A DNA stretch of 64,000 nt. Source: a virus. Numbering within the stretch: the stretch's first letter is position 1; every line of letters begins with the position of its first letter. The position numbers were made by a program, and so were the translations under genes. The DNA is taken from positions 4,106-68,105 of the IMG/VR virus record IMGVR_UViG_3300028827_000091; one strand, 5' to 3'. The notes under the pieces are model-generated. The model worked only from the letters and a program-made list of their open reading frames with translations, was not told the origin of the DNA and searched no databases. This document shows, one piece after another, positions 9,427-20,307 of the stretch.

Positions 9427-11151
9427 ATGATAGTTTTCACAAAGATAAAATACAAGAATTTTCTTTCTGCAGGAAACAAATTCATTGAAATAGAACTGAA
9501 CAAGACAAACACAACGTTAATAATTGGTCCGAACGGAAGCGGAAAATCTGCAGGCATCATTGATGCAATTTATTTTGCTCTGTATGGTAAACCTTATAGA
9601 AAAATCAAAAAAGACCAGATTGTCAATAGCATAAATGAAAAGAATTGTCTTGTTGAACTTGAATTTGAAATAGGAAAAACAAAATATAAGATTTGTCGTG
9701 GAATTCGTCCAAACAGATTCGACATCTACATAGATGGTAAATTGAAAGAGAACACCTCGTCAATCAAAGATTATCAGGATTATCTTGAAGATTCAATTCT
9801 GAAAATGAATTCTACCACAATGAAACAAATTGTGTTTCTTGGTTCTACGACCTTTGTTCCTTTTATGCGTCTTTGTGCAAATGATAGAAGAAAGGTGATT
9901 GAAGAAATTCTTGATATTCAAGTATTCTCGCAAATGAATCAAATTCTGAAGAGTCGTGGTGCAACTCTTGCTTCGAAATATTCTGACCTTCAGCACAAAA
10001 TAAAGATGGTGAAAACAAAAATTGAATTGAAAGAAGAGCATCGCGATGAGTTGCTCCAACAAAAAGAGGAACAAATTGAACAGAATAACAAACAGATTGA
10101 ATGTTTGAGGGAAGACATAAAGAAGATTGAGAAGGAAAGTGATGAACTTTCGCTTTTGATTGATAGCAGCCTTTCGAAAATCACAAAGGAAGGAAAACTG
10201 AAAACGAATTCTTCAGAGTTATCTACGATGCTGGCTTCAATCAAAAAGAATAGAAACAAATATAAAAAAGAAATTGTGTTTTTCAGAGAGAATGACGAAT
10301 GCCCTACCTGCAATCAAATAATCCATAAAGAATTTCGTGCTGAATCAATCAAGTATCGAGAAGAGAAGCTGAAAGAGTGTGAGAAGGCAATTTCTCTTGC
10401 TGAGAAGACTCTAGAAGGGTTTGCAAAGCAATTAGAAGAGGTTGCAGAGATACAAAAATTCATCAATGAAAATGAAAGGAAGATGTCGACCAATAATATG
10501 AGAATTAGAACCATCTCAGAGCACATCAGGTCCCTGGAGACTGCGAATAAGAAAATTTTTGATGAAGACTATACCGAAAACTCTTCCGACGTGGAGAAAG
10601 AGATACAGGGCTTGAGAGACGAACTTCGAAATTATCAGCTAGAAAAATCAGAGCTGTCAGATACAGGACAATATTATTCACTGATTTCGACACTTCTCAA
10701 AGATAATGGAATTAAATCACAAATCATAAGAAACTATTTGCCTACTATCAATAGTCTGATACGAAAGTATTTAGAGATTCTAGAGTTTCCTTGTGAATTT
10801 ACATTTGACGAGAATTTCAATGAGACGCTGAAATCAAGATATCGCGATAATTTCAGCTATGCAAATTTCTCAGAAGGCCAGAAGTTGAGAATCGATTTGG
10901 CTCTACTTTTTGCTTGGCGAGAGCTTGCTCGACTCCGCAATTCCGCCTCAACAAACCTGCTTGTTCTTGACGAAATTGGTTCAAGTTCTCTTGATGCAGA
11001 AGGAACGGAAGCTTTCTTGAGAATCATTGAAGAAACGACAGACAATTCAAACATTTTTGTTATCACCCACGATAACTCTATAACAGACCAGTTCAATCGC
11101 TGTCTTGAATATAGTCTACAAGATAATTTTTCGGTGATGAAAGAATATTGA
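9427..11151 (+). CDS. 46: Recombination ATPase gp46 (Rad50/SbcC-like)
   Basis: GPNGSGKS, CPTC zinc hook, FSEGQKLRIDLAL, LVLDE. Confidence 0.95.
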   Translation: MIVFTKIKYKNFLSAGNKFIEIELNKTNTTLIIGPNGSGKSAGIIDAIYFALYGKPYRKIKKDQIVNSINEKNCLVELEFEIGKTKYKICRGIRPNRFDIYIDGKLKENTSSIKDYQDYLEDSILKMNSTTMKQIVFLGSTTFVPFMRLCANDRRKVIEEILDIQVFSQMNQILKSRGATLASKYSDLQHKIKMVKTKIELKEEHRDELLQQKEEQIEQNNKQIECLREDIKKIEKESDELSLLIDSSLSKITKEGKLKTNSSELSTMLASIKKNRNKYKKEIVFFRENDECPTCNQIIHKEFRAESIKYREEKLKECEKAISLAEKTLEGFAKQLEEVAEIQKFINENERKMSTNNMRIRTISEHIRSLETANKKIFDEDYTENSSDVEKEIQGLRDELRNYQLEKSELSDTGQYYSLISTLLKDNGIKSQIIRNYLPTINSLIRKYLEILEFPCEFTFDENFNETLKSRYRDNFSYANFSEGQKLRIDLALLFAWRELARLRNSASTNLLVLDEIGSSSLDAEGTEAFLRIIEETTDNSNIFVITHDNSITDQFNRCLEYSLQDNFSVMKEY

Positions 11152-11161
11152 AGATAATGGT

Positions 11162-11190
11162 TTGACAAAAAGGAAGGATTGGTGTAGGAT
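11162..11190 (+). promoter_or_regulatory. Sigma70 promoter (leaderless)
   Basis: TTGACA-N17-TAGGAT with ATG 6 nt downstream. Confidence 0.7.
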
Positions 11191-11196
11191 TCACAT

Positions 11197-12015
11197 ATGA
11201 AGATACAAATTGGGTCAGATTTACATCGAGAATTTGTGCGTGACTGGTTCTCTAAGAATAGTCGAACTCGACTCTATGACCCTTCAGTTCCGCAGAATGA
11301 AAATATGACAAATCCTCTCGACCGAGCAGGTGAGTACGGTATTGGATTGCGCTTTTTCTTCGACAAAGTTGAGAATGTAGATATTCTCGTCCTTGCTGGT
11401 GATATTGAATATATGCGTCGGTTTGAGGATATGGATACTCTCTTTCGTGAAGGGCTGGAGCTTGCTCGGCACGTTGTTTATGTCCCGGGAAATCACGATT
11501 TTTATCGCTCTAGAATTTGCAAGATTCAAGAACTCAAAGAGAAATATACGAATTCAAAGAACATTCATATCCTTTACAACACATCTATAGATATTGAAGG
11601 TGTCAAGATTTTTGGCGGCACTCAATGGGGAAATCTAAATCCTGCTAACGAAATGACATATCGGTATAGCCTGAACGACTTTAGAAAAATCAAAATGTTC
11701 TCTCCTACTGATATGATAAGAGAACATTTGAAATTTCGAAATGCTCTAGAAAAGATGTTGCCTGATGTTGTCGTATCTCATTTTTTGCCTTGCACAAAAT
11801 CAATCCCTGCAAGATTCGCACACGATGCGATTATGAATGATTACTATTGCACAGATATGACACCATATTTTTATAATGTAAAACTTTGGATTCACGGTCA
11901 TACACACGATGCCTGTGACTACAATGTGGGCGACACTCGAGTTGTTTGTAATCCACACGGATATTTCGGCTATGAGAATATTGTTTTTGATAGAAAATTC
12001 GTTGTAGAAATTTGA
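11197..12015 (+). CDS. Calcineurin-like metallophosphoesterase
   Basis: SDLH, AGD, GNHD, HGHTH, NPHGY. Confidence 0.9.
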   Translation: MKIQIGSDLHREFVRDWFSKNSRTRLYDPSVPQNENMTNPLDRAGEYGIGLRFFFDKVENVDILVLAGDIEYMRRFEDMDTLFREGLELARHVVYVPGNHDFYRSRICKIQELKEKYTNSKNIHILYNTSIDIEGVKIFGGTQWGNLNPANEMTYRYSLNDFRKIKMFSPTDMIREHLKFRNALEKMLPDVVVSHFLPCTKSIPARFAHDAIMNDYYCTDMTPYFYNVKLWIHGHTHDACDYNVGDTRVVCNPHGYFGYENIVFDRKFVVEI

Positions 12016-12024
12016 ATCTTTTTC

Positions 12025-12080
12025 TTGACAGCATTGTCTACTTCGTGTAGACTCTTGGCAGTGAGTGAGTGAAAAGGAGT
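12025..12080 (+). promoter_or_regulatory. Early promoter and leader, copy 1 of a 44-bp repeat
   Basis: TTGACA-N17-TAGACT; 12037-12080 identical to 14240-14283. Confidence 0.8.
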
Positions 12081-12090
12081 TGATTTCGTA

Positions 12091-14220
12091 ATGATAAATA
12101 AATCCACTGACGTTCAAAAGAAGACAGCAATTCTTGCGCGTATGATGGCAAAAGAGAATCTTGTTGTAAGATTTGCCAATGCGCAGACAGCTAGCTTTAA
12201 TCCTGAGAAACGCGTCTTGACGCTGCCAAATTTTGTTAAAGAAACCCCTGATTATGTTCGTTTTGGTTTCAATGCACACGAGATTGCGCACGCAATTTTC
12301 ACTCCTCCTGGTCATAAAGTTACTTCTCTTCTCAACATTCTTGAAGATATCCGGATTGAAAAGTTAATCAAGCGGAAATATAAAGGTTCTGCTGTTTTTA
12401 TTGGTCAGATGTATGAATATCTCTGGGCCAATAATTTCTTTGGTGTGGATGAAATTTCAATCAAGAAAATGTCATTCCTTGACCGCTTGAATGTTTGGGC
12501 CAAGTGTGGTGAATATGTCGAGCTCGACATTCCTTTCAGTGATGAAGAGCAGGAACTTGTTGAAAAAGCATTCTTGACAAGCAGTTTCAATGATGTTCTT
12601 GCTCTCGAAAAAGAATTTAAGAAGTATCTGAAGAAGGAAAAAGAAAATTCCACCAGCGAGCTGCCAGAGTTTGAACCAGTGCTCGAAATACCGGGCGATG
12701 AAGACGTCACTGAGAGTCCAGATATTCCAGAAATGGATAATCAGTCCAACAAATCACTTTCAGATAATGAAGAAGATGATGATGAGGAGCCAAATGAAGA
12801 GCCAGTTGAAATTACCGCTGGTGGAGGCGAAGCATCAGAGACAGCAGAAAATGAAGAAAGTGAAAGTGGTTCTGTCGAATCCTCAGAGGACGAAGATGAT
12901 GAAGATGATGAAGATGAGGATGATGAAGAGCCAGTCGCTGAGACAATGGTGCACCTTAAAGAAAAAACAAAAGAATTGCTTGATGATTCTTCTACAGGAA
13001 GCGAGGATATTCTTGTAGGTACATTTGACGAAGAAGAGCACGTCATTAAATCTTCTGATTTCTGGGAGTATATTGAGACACTCAGCTCCTTTGAAGCAGG
13101 TAAGAATAGGTTAGATTTCAAAGAATTCTTGATGGCTGTCAAGCCACAGGTTTCATATATGGTTAAGCAGTTTGAGCAGAAGAAGCGTGCTACAGAATGG
13201 CGTGACACTTCTTCTCATAAAACAGGAGAACTTGATATTTCACGTCTCTCCGAATATCGTTTTTCAGATGATATTTTTATGCGTGAAGATATCTTTCCTG
13301 AAGGCAAGAATCACGGACTTGTTCTGGTCATTGATTTTTCTGCTTCAATGATTGAACAGATTTCTGGAGTTTGCAAGCAGGCCATCTTTCTTTCAATGTT
13401 TGCAAGGCAGGCAGACATTCCTTTGAAAGTGTATGGATTCACTTCCTCCTTTAAGGTTAATGCACTCAAGAAAAAATTAGGCATTGACAAAGAATTTACT
13501 CCAGGTGAATATTCAGAGGTTTGTGCACCTGCAAATGAAGTCGGCATTTTCGAGCTCATTGATACATTGAGCCATATTAAGGATTTCGAGCGGTCAATTT
13601 TTCAGCTCTACAATGTTGATTCTTGGTTCTATCCGATGAGCGGCGGTACACCTCTCGATTTGACAGCAATCATCCTTTCAAATGTTATTGCGAAGTGGAA
13701 AGAGATGAATGGAATTGAAATTGTTTCTTCAGTGTTCTTGACTGATGGTGCTTCTTCCACTCCTACAGTTTGGGATGCTTCTCATAATCGTGTTTCCAAT
13801 TTCTACGGTCGGCACGCCACCTTTGTTGATGTCATCACACGCAAAAGGTATTATAGGGGCGATTATCCCTACTACACAGAGATTGCATATGACATCTACA
13901 AGTCTCGTACTTGCTCGTCTATTACTGTCATTTATATGAAGAATACTCGGTCATTGCTAAATCATTTCTTCCATTACAGAGAAGATGAGAAAAAGGCTGC
14001 TGCTAGAGCGGAACTCCAGAGTAAGGGTCTTTTTGTTGTTGAAGACTATATGAATGGCGTCGTTGATTTATATCTTGCAATGAAAGACAAAGATATTTTT
14101 TCAGCAGCAATGGAACTTGAGATTAAGGAAGGCCGGGCTCGTTCTTCCTTCAAGAAGATGGCTCGAGCAAGGTCATCTAGCAAAGTGTTTGTATCGCTGT
14201 TTATGGATACAATTGCGTAA
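12091..14220 (+). CDS. CobT-like VWA protein with N-terminal HExxH motif and acidic linker
   Basis: HEIAH, NILEDIRIEK, MIDAS DFSASM, GGTPL, LTDG. Confidence 0.8.
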   Translation: MINKSTDVQKKTAILARMMAKENLVVRFANAQTASFNPEKRVLTLPNFVKETPDYVRFGFNAHEIAHAIFTPPGHKVTSLLNILEDIRIEKLIKRKYKGSAVFIGQMYEYLWANNFFGVDEISIKKMSFLDRLNVWAKCGEYVELDIPFSDEEQELVEKAFLTSSFNDVLALEKEFKKYLKKEKENSTSELPEFEPVLEIPGDEDVTESPDIPEMDNQSNKSLSDNEEDDDEEPNEEPVEITAGGGEASETAENEESESGSVESSEDEDDEDDEDEDDEEPVAETMVHLKEKTKELLDDSSTGSEDILVGTFDEEEHVIKSSDFWEYIETLSSFEAGKNRLDFKEFLMAVKPQVSYMVKQFEQKKRATEWRDTSSHKTGELDISRLSEYRFSDDIFMREDIFPEGKNHGLVLVIDFSASMIEQISGVCKQAIFLSMFARQADIPLKVYGFTSSFKVNALKKKLGIDKEFTPGEYSEVCAPANEVGIFELIDTLSHIKDFERSIFQLYNVDSWFYPMSGGTPLDLTAIILSNVIAKWKEMNGIEIVSSVFLTDGASSTPTVWDASHNRVSNFYGRHATFVDVITRKRYYRGDYPYYTEIAYDIYKSRTCSSITVIYMKNTRSLLNHFFHYREDEKKAAARAELQSKGLFVVEDYMNGVVDLYLAMKDKDIFSAAMELEIKEGRARSSFKKMARARSSSKVFVSLFMDTIA

Positions 14221-14227
14221 ATTTTTC

Positions 14228-14283
14228 TTGACAAGAAGTTCTACTTCGTGTAGACTCTTGGCAGTGAGTGAGTGAAAAGGAGT
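14228..14283 (+). promoter_or_regulatory. Early promoter and leader, copy 2 of the 44-bp repeat
   Basis: TTGACA-N17-TAGACT and an identical leader ending in SD AAGGAG. Confidence 0.8.
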
Positions 14284-14292
14284 GAATATTTT

Positions 14293-15471
14293 ATGAAGAA
14301 AACACGAGTAACCTTGCAGGAATTTGCTTCAATTGCACAGAAGCAGTTCGGTACAAATATTTTGACATCTGAGCAGATAAAAGATGTTGCCAAGAAAAAC
14401 AACATTTTTATTCCTAAAGATGCGTGGTCTGACCGAGTAGGTCGAGGCCGCTTTTTGGTAGGCCAGGCCAACACAGGTCAGATGAAAGAGGTGTCAGCAG
14501 ATGAATCTGATACTGCACCAGCAAAACCAGAAGTAGAAATGGTTGGCTCCATCAAAGCTATTCGTAATGCAGATGAATCATATATGCAGGAAGTTGACCC
14601 TCATTTCATTAAGTGGGGCAATTTCACAGATATCAATATGATTATTAAATCAAAGATTTTCTTCCCTGCTTTTGTGACTGGTCTTTCAGGGAACGGTAAG
14701 ACATCGATGATTGAGCAGGCTTGTGCCGCATCAAAGCGTGAGGTCATTCGTGTGAACTTCACGCGCGAAACAAATGAAGATGATTTGGTTGGCGGTATGC
14801 GCCTCATTGATGGCGACACTGTGTTCCAGTATGGTCCGGTTGCAGAGGCTTACCTTCGTGGCGCAGTGCTCATTCTTGACGAGCTTGACCTTGCAGACCC
14901 GAACAAAGTGATGGTTTTGCAGGGTGTTCTCGAAGGCAAACCAATCTTCATCAAGAAGTTAGGTAAGAAAATCAAGCCTGCTCCTGGCTTCACTGTGTTC
15001 GCTACTGCCAACACAAAAGGCAAAGGCTCACAGAATGGGCAGTTCATTGGCACCAACAACCTGAATGAAGCATTTCTAGACAGGTTTTCAATCACCGTTG
15101 AACAGCCCTATGCTTCGGCAGCAACAGAACTCAAGATTCTGAAAAATTATGCACTTGATTTCGCTCAGGGCAAGCTCGAAGAGCGTGAAGAAGAGATTCT
15201 CAAGAATCTTGTTCAGTGGGGACAGATTACACGTGACTCGTTCCTTGAGGGCTCGATTGATGAGTTGATTTCGACCCGTCGGCTGGTTGATACAGTCAAG
15301 AGCTACTTCATCTTTGGCAAAGACATCGAGAAGGCAATCAGGTATGCCACCAATCGGTTTGAAGATGAAGTGAAAGAGAGCTTCCAGGAACTGTATAAGC
15401 AGATTGATGCTGGTCTGCGCAGTGTGGATATTTCAGGGAACGAACCAGAATCTTCCCCGAGTTCATTCTAG
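14293..15471 (+). CDS. CobS/MoxR-like AAA+ ATPase
   Basis: GLSGNGKT, LILDE, ATANTKG, NEAFLDRF, ISTRRL. Confidence 0.88.
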   Translation: MKKTRVTLQEFASIAQKQFGTNILTSEQIKDVAKKNNIFIPKDAWSDRVGRGRFLVGQANTGQMKEVSADESDTAPAKPEVEMVGSIKAIRNADESYMQEVDPHFIKWGNFTDINMIIKSKIFFPAFVTGLSGNGKTSMIEQACAASKREVIRVNFTRETNEDDLVGGMRLIDGDTVFQYGPVAEAYLRGAVLILDELDLADPNKVMVLQGVLEGKPIFIKKLGKKIKPAPGFTVFATANTKGKGSQNGQFIGTNNLNEAFLDRFSITVEQPYASAATELKILKNYALDFAQGKLEEREEEILKNLVQWGQITRDSFLEGSIDELISTRRLVDTVKSYFIFGKDIEKAIRYATNRFEDEVKESFQELYKQIDAGLRSVDISGNEPESSPSSF

Positions 15472-15509
15472 TATGAATTGACAATCTGAAAAAAAGAAGG
15501 AGGTGGGGC

Positions 15510-15538
15510 TTGACAGTCCTGCCTTCTTCCTGTATCAT
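15510..15538 (+). promoter_or_regulatory. Sigma70 promoter for the gp45 operon, within an imperfect inverted repeat
   Basis: TTGACA-N17-TATCAT. Confidence 0.7.
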
Positions 15539-15571
15539 TACAAAAATTTTCAAAATGCAGAAGGAGAACCT

Positions 15572-16243
15572 ATGAAAATCAGTGAAGAGACAATTAACGC
15601 TCTCAAAAATTTTGCCACAATCAACCAAAGTCTTTTGTTTAAGAAAGGACAGACACAAAATACAATTTCTGTTGCGAAGAATATATTTGCTTCGGTAAGG
15701 TTAGAAGATAAATTCCCGATGGAATTTGGCATTTATGACCTAAATGAATTTCTAAATGCGTTGTCTCTTTTTGAAGACCCTTCAATTGATTTTGAAGAAT
15801 CTTATATGGTGATTTCTGAAAAGGGAGCATCGCTCATATACAATTACGCAGACCCATCCATTATTGTTTCACCACCGAAAGAAAAACTGAAGATGCCAGA
15901 CGCAGATGTTTCTTTCACAATCACAAAAGATGTATTCGACAAAATCATCAAATCGTCTTCTGTCCTACAATTGCCAGATGTTTGTATCACGAGAGAAAAG
16001 GATAACCTGATGATTGGCGTAACAGATAAATCGTCAGATAGTTCTAATGGATATGCTCTTCCGATTGGAAAATATGATGGCGATGCTGATTTTACTTTTC
16101 ATATTCGTGCTGAAATTTTGAAAATTCTACCCGACGACTACGATGTGGAGATTTCTTCGAAGCTGATTTCTCATTGGGAAGGAAAGAACAACAACGCAGA
16201 ATATTTTATTGCGTTAGAGAAGAGTTCTACATTTAACGGATAA
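15572..16243 (+). CDS. 45: Sliding clamp gp45
   Basis: MKISEETINALKNFATINQS, FGIYDLNEFL, YFIALE. Confidence 0.93.
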   Translation: MKISEETINALKNFATINQSLLFKKGQTQNTISVAKNIFASVRLEDKFPMEFGIYDLNEFLNALSLFEDPSIDFEESYMVISEKGASLIYNYADPSIIVSPPKEKLKMPDADVSFTITKDVFDKIIKSSSVLQLPDVCITREKDNLMIGVTDKSSDSSNGYALPIGKYDGDADFTFHIRAEILKILPDDYDVEISSKLISHWEGKNNNAEYFIALEKSSTFNG

Positions 16244-16262
16244 AGTCAAGGAGCTTCATATT

Positions 16263-17201
16263 ATGGAAGAAGTGTTGTGGGTTGAAAAATACCGACCAAG
16301 TACCGTGGCAGAGTGTATTTTGCCAGATAGAATAAAATCAATGTTTAAGACACATCTTGAAGAAGGAAAATTGCCGCAACATTTGCTCCTGACTGGCGGT
16401 GCCGGCGTTGGCAAAACAACAATTGCACGTGCGTTATGTTCAGAGCTTAATGCAGATGTTTTGTTCATTAACGCTTCAATTGAGGGCAATATAGATACCC
16501 TTAGAACAAAAATCAAGAACTTTGCGTCATCTGTGTCGATGATGGGTGGCGACAAGGTTGTCATACTTGATGAAGCAGACGGAGCAAATGCCACAAGTTT
16601 TCAACCTGCTCTCCGTGCATTTATGGAAGAGTTCTCGAACAATTGTAAATTCATTCTAACCTGCAATTACAAGAACAAGTTGATTGAGCCTATTCATAGC
16701 CGATGCGCTGTGATTGAATTTGTTTTTACGAAAGAAGAACAAATCAAAATGCAGGCTGCATTCTGGAAGAGGCTATGCAAGATTTTGGCGGACGAAGGTG
16801 TGTTGTTTGACGAAAAAGTTCTTGTTGAATTCGTCAAGAAATTCTATCCTGATTTTCGTCGAGCAATCAATGAGTTGCAGAGATATTCATCGTCTGGAAC
16901 AATTGATACTGGAATTCTAGCAACAATTGGTGACGTATCAATTTCTCAATTGATGAAGATGATGAAAGAAAAAGAATTTACTCTGATGAGAAAGTGGGTT
17001 GCTCAGAATTCAGATATTGACAGTGCAACAATTTTTCGCAGAATATATGATGGCCTTTATGAATATTTGGAGCCATCGAGCATTCCTCAAGCAGTTCTAA
17101 TATTGGGAGATGCACAATACAAAGCAGCATTCGTTGCTGATGCAGAAATAAATCTTGTTGCAGCCTGTGTTGAAATTATGTCAAATTGTGATTTCAAATA
17201 A
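16263..17201 (+). CDS. 44: Clamp loader large subunit gp44
   Basis: LWVEKYRP, GVGKTT, ILDEAD, SRC. Confidence 0.95.
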   Translation: MEEVLWVEKYRPSTVAECILPDRIKSMFKTHLEEGKLPQHLLLTGGAGVGKTTIARALCSELNADVLFINASIEGNIDTLRTKIKNFASSVSMMGGDKVVILDEADGANATSFQPALRAFMEEFSNNCKFILTCNYKNKLIEPIHSRCAVIEFVFTKEEQIKMQAAFWKRLCKILADEGVLFDEKVLVEFVKKFYPDFRRAINELQRYSSSGTIDTGILATIGDVSISQLMKMMKEKEFTLMRKWVAQNSDIDSATIFRRIYDGLYEYLEPSSIPQAVLILGDAQYKAAFVADAEINLVAACVEIMSNCDFK

Positions 17202-17653
17202 TGAGTGGAATTGACCTTTTCGGAAACGACATTGTAGAAGAGCAGGAAGAAGCGCCAGCAAAAAGAAAGCGCCGAGACCTTTTCAAAGAGTTTCTTCCTG
17301 ATTTGATGATGAAGAAAGAAAATATCCTACGACAAGACCCAGAAGCAGAAAAAGATTTTTCTACTTTCATTGTCAATAGAGCAATGTCGATGCACATCGA
17401 CACAGTTCTATATGCGAATGAGATAAATAAGATACCAGGTTTATCAAAGCAAATGGTCTATGATTTTTACATTCACGCCATACGTAAAGGAAAAAGGTAT
17501 GGCTGGGCCAAAAAAACAAATGAGAAAGATTTAGATATTGTTATGAAGTTCTACAATTACAATGAACAGAAGGCTTTAGATGTTCTAAATATTCTTTCTG
17601 AAAAGGATATTGAAGCAATCAAACACAAAATGAGAAAAGGTGGTAGAAAATGA
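17201..17653 (+). CDS. 62: Clamp loader small subunit gp62
   Basis: FIVNRAMS..DTVLYANEIN, RKGKRYGWAK; synteny. Confidence 0.88.
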   Translation: MSGIDLFGNDIVEEQEEAPAKRKRRDLFKEFLPDLMMKKENILRQDPEAEKDFSTFIVNRAMSMHIDTVLYANEINKIPGLSKQMVYDFYIHAIRKGKRYGWAKKTNEKDLDIVMKFYNYNEQKALDVLNILSEKDIEAIKHKMRKGGRK

Positions 17654-18072
17654 ATCTAGAAGAAAAAGTAAACTGGAACAAGAATATGATGCTCGAAGTG
17701 TCGTTGCCTGAAAGCGACTCATTCCTGCAGGTAAAAGAAACACTCGAGAGGATTGGTATTGCAAATTTCCGCGAGAAGAAGCTGTATCAATCTTGCCATA
17801 TCTTGCAGAAGAAAGGCAAATATTATATTGTTCATTTCAAGGAGATGTTTGCTCTTGACGGCAAGAAGTACTCTCTGACAAAAGAGGATATCTATCGTCG
17901 CAATCACATTGCAAATCTTCTTTCTGACTGGGGTTTGGTAGAATTAAAGTCACCAGTTGAACTTGTTGAAGGTAAAGATAGACCAAAGGTTTTTGTTCTC
18001 AAACATTCGGAAAAATCTGAATGGGAACTTGTGTCTAAATATACAATCGGCACAGACAAGAAAGGAAATTAG
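17650..18072 (+). CDS. regA: Translational repressor RegA
   Basis: [37 protein letters not shown]. Confidence 0.95.
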   Translation: MNLEEKVNWNKNMMLEVSLPESDSFLQVKETLERIGIANFREKKLYQSCHILQKKGKYYIVHFKEMFALDGKKYSLTKEDIYRRNHIANLLSDWGLVELKSPVELVEGKDRPKVFVLKHSEKSEWELVSKYTIGTDKKGN

Positions 18073-18073
18073 T

Positions 18074-18619
18074 ATGTACGAGATTTCAAAAGAATTTCAT
18101 TTTGATTATGGACATCGGGTTTATACTCAAAACCTCAATGAAGATTTAGCCCTAACGTCTTTCTGTAAATGTAAAAGACTGCACGGCCATACTGGAAAAT
18201 TGGTTGTTCATTTATCTGCAAAGGATGTGGGTAGTGATGGGTTTGTGACAGACTTCAATCATCTTGCTTGGCTGAAAAAATTTATAGATGATGCTATCGA
18301 CCACAAATTCCTTATTGGTTCGGATGACCCACTCTTTTCAAAAATAACAGGCAAGAGTTTGTGGGATACTGTTCCCTATGCAGAAAAAAGCGAGATAGGT
18401 TCAGAGCTTCGTGTTTTTGTTAACAAAGACGATGAATTTGAAAGTTCTTTTGTTGTTGTTCCGTTCTGTCCAACAAGTGAAAATCTTGCAAAATGGATGT
18501 ATGATGTTGTTCAAGGAGTTATGTGGGAACACAAAGTTGCGGTTGAAGCTGTCAGATGGTCCGAAACACCAAAAACAGAAGCAGTCTATAAACCAGAAAA
18601 TGTTTTGAGGTTCAAATGA
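18074..18619 (+). CDS. queD: 6-carboxytetrahydropterin synthase QueD
   Basis: [29 protein letters not shown]. Confidence 0.9.
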   Translation: MYEISKEFHFDYGHRVYTQNLNEDLALTSFCKCKRLHGHTGKLVVHLSAKDVGSDGFVTDFNHLAWLKKFIDDAIDHKFLIGSDDPLFSKITGKSLWDTVPYAEKSEIGSELRVFVNKDDEFESSFVVVPFCPTSENLAKWMYDVVQGVMWEHKVAVEAVRWSETPKTEAVYKPENVLRFK

Positions 18620-19524
18620 AAAAAATTCTAATATCTGAAATATTCTATTCAATTCAAGGTGAAGGGTCGAGAGTCGGCATCCCTTCAATTTTTGTTCGTG
18701 TCTTTGGGTGCAATTTGAATTGTCCTGGCTTCGGCCAAGAACGAGGAAAACTGATGCCGGAAGAAGAAATGCCTCATAACAAATTCGATATATCTTCCAT
18801 TGACAAAATTGAGGATTTGCCTGTTTTTGATGTGGGATGCGATAGTTCTGCTTCGTGGTCGAAACGATATCGTCATCTTTCAAAATCATATTCTGTTCAA
18901 GAACTTTGGGAAGCAATCTCAAACATTCTAAAAGAACAGAGGAGCAGAACAGAAGTTGATTATGATATTCCCGATATCGTAATCACTGGAGGAGAACCAC
19001 TACTGCCTGCATATCAGAAATTTTGGATAGAGTTTTTCTCATATGAAAATGTTGATAGATATTTCGAAGGAGACATTGATACAGTCACTTTTGAAACGAA
19101 TGGAACACAAAAGCTTCTAGATGAATTTGAGTGGGTTGTTTCTGAAGAAATAAGAATGAATTTTGATTCCAATGAATTGCCAATAAGAAAAATAATTTTT
19201 TCTGTTTCGCCTAAATTGAGTATCTCTGGAGAACCAAGAGCAAAGGCAATCAAAGAATCGGTTCTCGAAGAATATATGAATCTTCTAGGTGAAGAAAATA
19301 TGTTCTTGAAATTTGTTGTTCGTGATGAAGAAGACATACAAGAAATATTCGATGTTGTTGGTGCTTCGATGATTTATTGTCCTGTCTATTTGATGCCAGA
19401 AGGTGCTACTGATAAAGGACTAGGATTAACAGAACGAAGGGTAGCTGAACTGGCAATGAAGTATGGATTTCGATTCAGCCCTAGATTGCAGGTTAATTTG
19501 TTTGGCAATACTTGGGGAACTTGA
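18616..19524 (+). CDS. queE: 7-carboxy-7-deazaguanine synthase QueE (radical SAM)
   Basis: [17 protein letters not shown] with distal CDS, ITGGEP, ETNGT, SPK. Confidence 0.92.
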   Translation: MKKILISEIFYSIQGEGSRVGIPSIFVRVFGCNLNCPGFGQERGKLMPEEEMPHNKFDISSIDKIEDLPVFDVGCDSSASWSKRYRHLSKSYSVQELWEAISNILKEQRSRTEVDYDIPDIVITGGEPLLPAYQKFWIEFFSYENVDRYFEGDIDTVTFETNGTQKLLDEFEWVVSEEIRMNFDSNELPIRKIIFSVSPKLSISGEPRAKAIKESVLEEYMNLLGEENMFLKFVVRDEEDIQEIFDVVGASMIYCPVYLMPEGATDKGLGLTERRVAELAMKYGFRFSPRLQVNLFGNTWGT

Positions 19525-19569
19525 TGAGGTTAGTTGTTGCTGGCTAAAGAGAATTTGATGAACAATACC

Positions 19570-19598
19570 TTGACAGAGATTGATAAATTTGATAGAAT
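19570..19598 (+). promoter_or_regulatory. Sigma70 promoter for folE
   Basis: TTGACA-N17-TAGAAT. Confidence 0.75.
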
Positions 19599-19621
19599 TG
19601 ATAATTTAAGAAGGAGAGTAG

Positions 19622-20302
19622 ATGGCTCATTCAGAATTAAAAGATAAAATAGAAGCTATGAAGATGGAAGGCACGCCATTTCTTTGCAATGACAATATTC
19701 CTGAACTTTCAGACAATGCTCGTGATGAATTGAGAGAAAATGTTGCAAAAGCGTTTCAAGGTGTTCTCGATGCTCTTTTAATTGATACCGAAAATGACCA
19801 CAACACAAAAGAAACAGCGCACCGTGTTGCAAAAATGTATGTAGATGAAATTTTCCGTGGTCGATATTATCCAAAACCAAAAATAACAGCGTTTCCCAAT
19901 TCAAAAGAATACGACCAAATCTATACTGTAGGGCCTATCAGTGTCAGGGCAACCTGTGCACACCATTTTCAGAATATTGTAGGTAAGTGTTGGGTGGGCG
20001 TCAAGCCTGGTAAAAAAGTCATTGGACTTTCAAAATTTAATCGTCTTGTAGATTGGATTTGTTCTAGACCAACAATTCAGGAAGAAATGACGGAACAAAT
20101 TGCTGATGAAATAGAAAGAACAACACAGGCGAAAGGCGTTGCTGTTGTTGTGAGAGCAGAACATCATTGTATGATTCATCGCGGTGTCAAAGAGCACGAA
20201 TCAGATATGGTGACATCGGTAATGCGTGGTGAATTTAGAGAAAATCCTAGTCTGAAAGCTGAATTTCTATCTTTAATAGATATGAAGAAAAATGGTTCAT
20301 AG
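19622..20302 (+). CDS. folE: GTP cyclohydrolase I FolE
   Basis: TCAHHF, IGLSKFNR, QEEMT, HHCMIHRGV. Confidence 0.95.
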   Translation: MAHSELKDKIEAMKMEGTPFLCNDNIPELSDNARDELRENVAKAFQGVLDALLIDTENDHNTKETAHRVAKMYVDEIFRGRYYPKPKITAFPNSKEYDQIYTVGPISVRATCAHHFQNIVGKCWVGVKPGKKVIGLSKFNRLVDWICSRPTIQEEMTEQIADEIERTTQAKGVAVVVRAEHHCMIHRGVKEHESDMVTSVMRGEFRENPSLKAEFLSLIDMKKNGS

Positions 20303-20307
20303 AATAT

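Noticed and set aside
12741-13208. Minus-strand poly-Ser ORF
   Set aside because: Antisense shadow of the Asp/Glu-rich linker of the VWA protein
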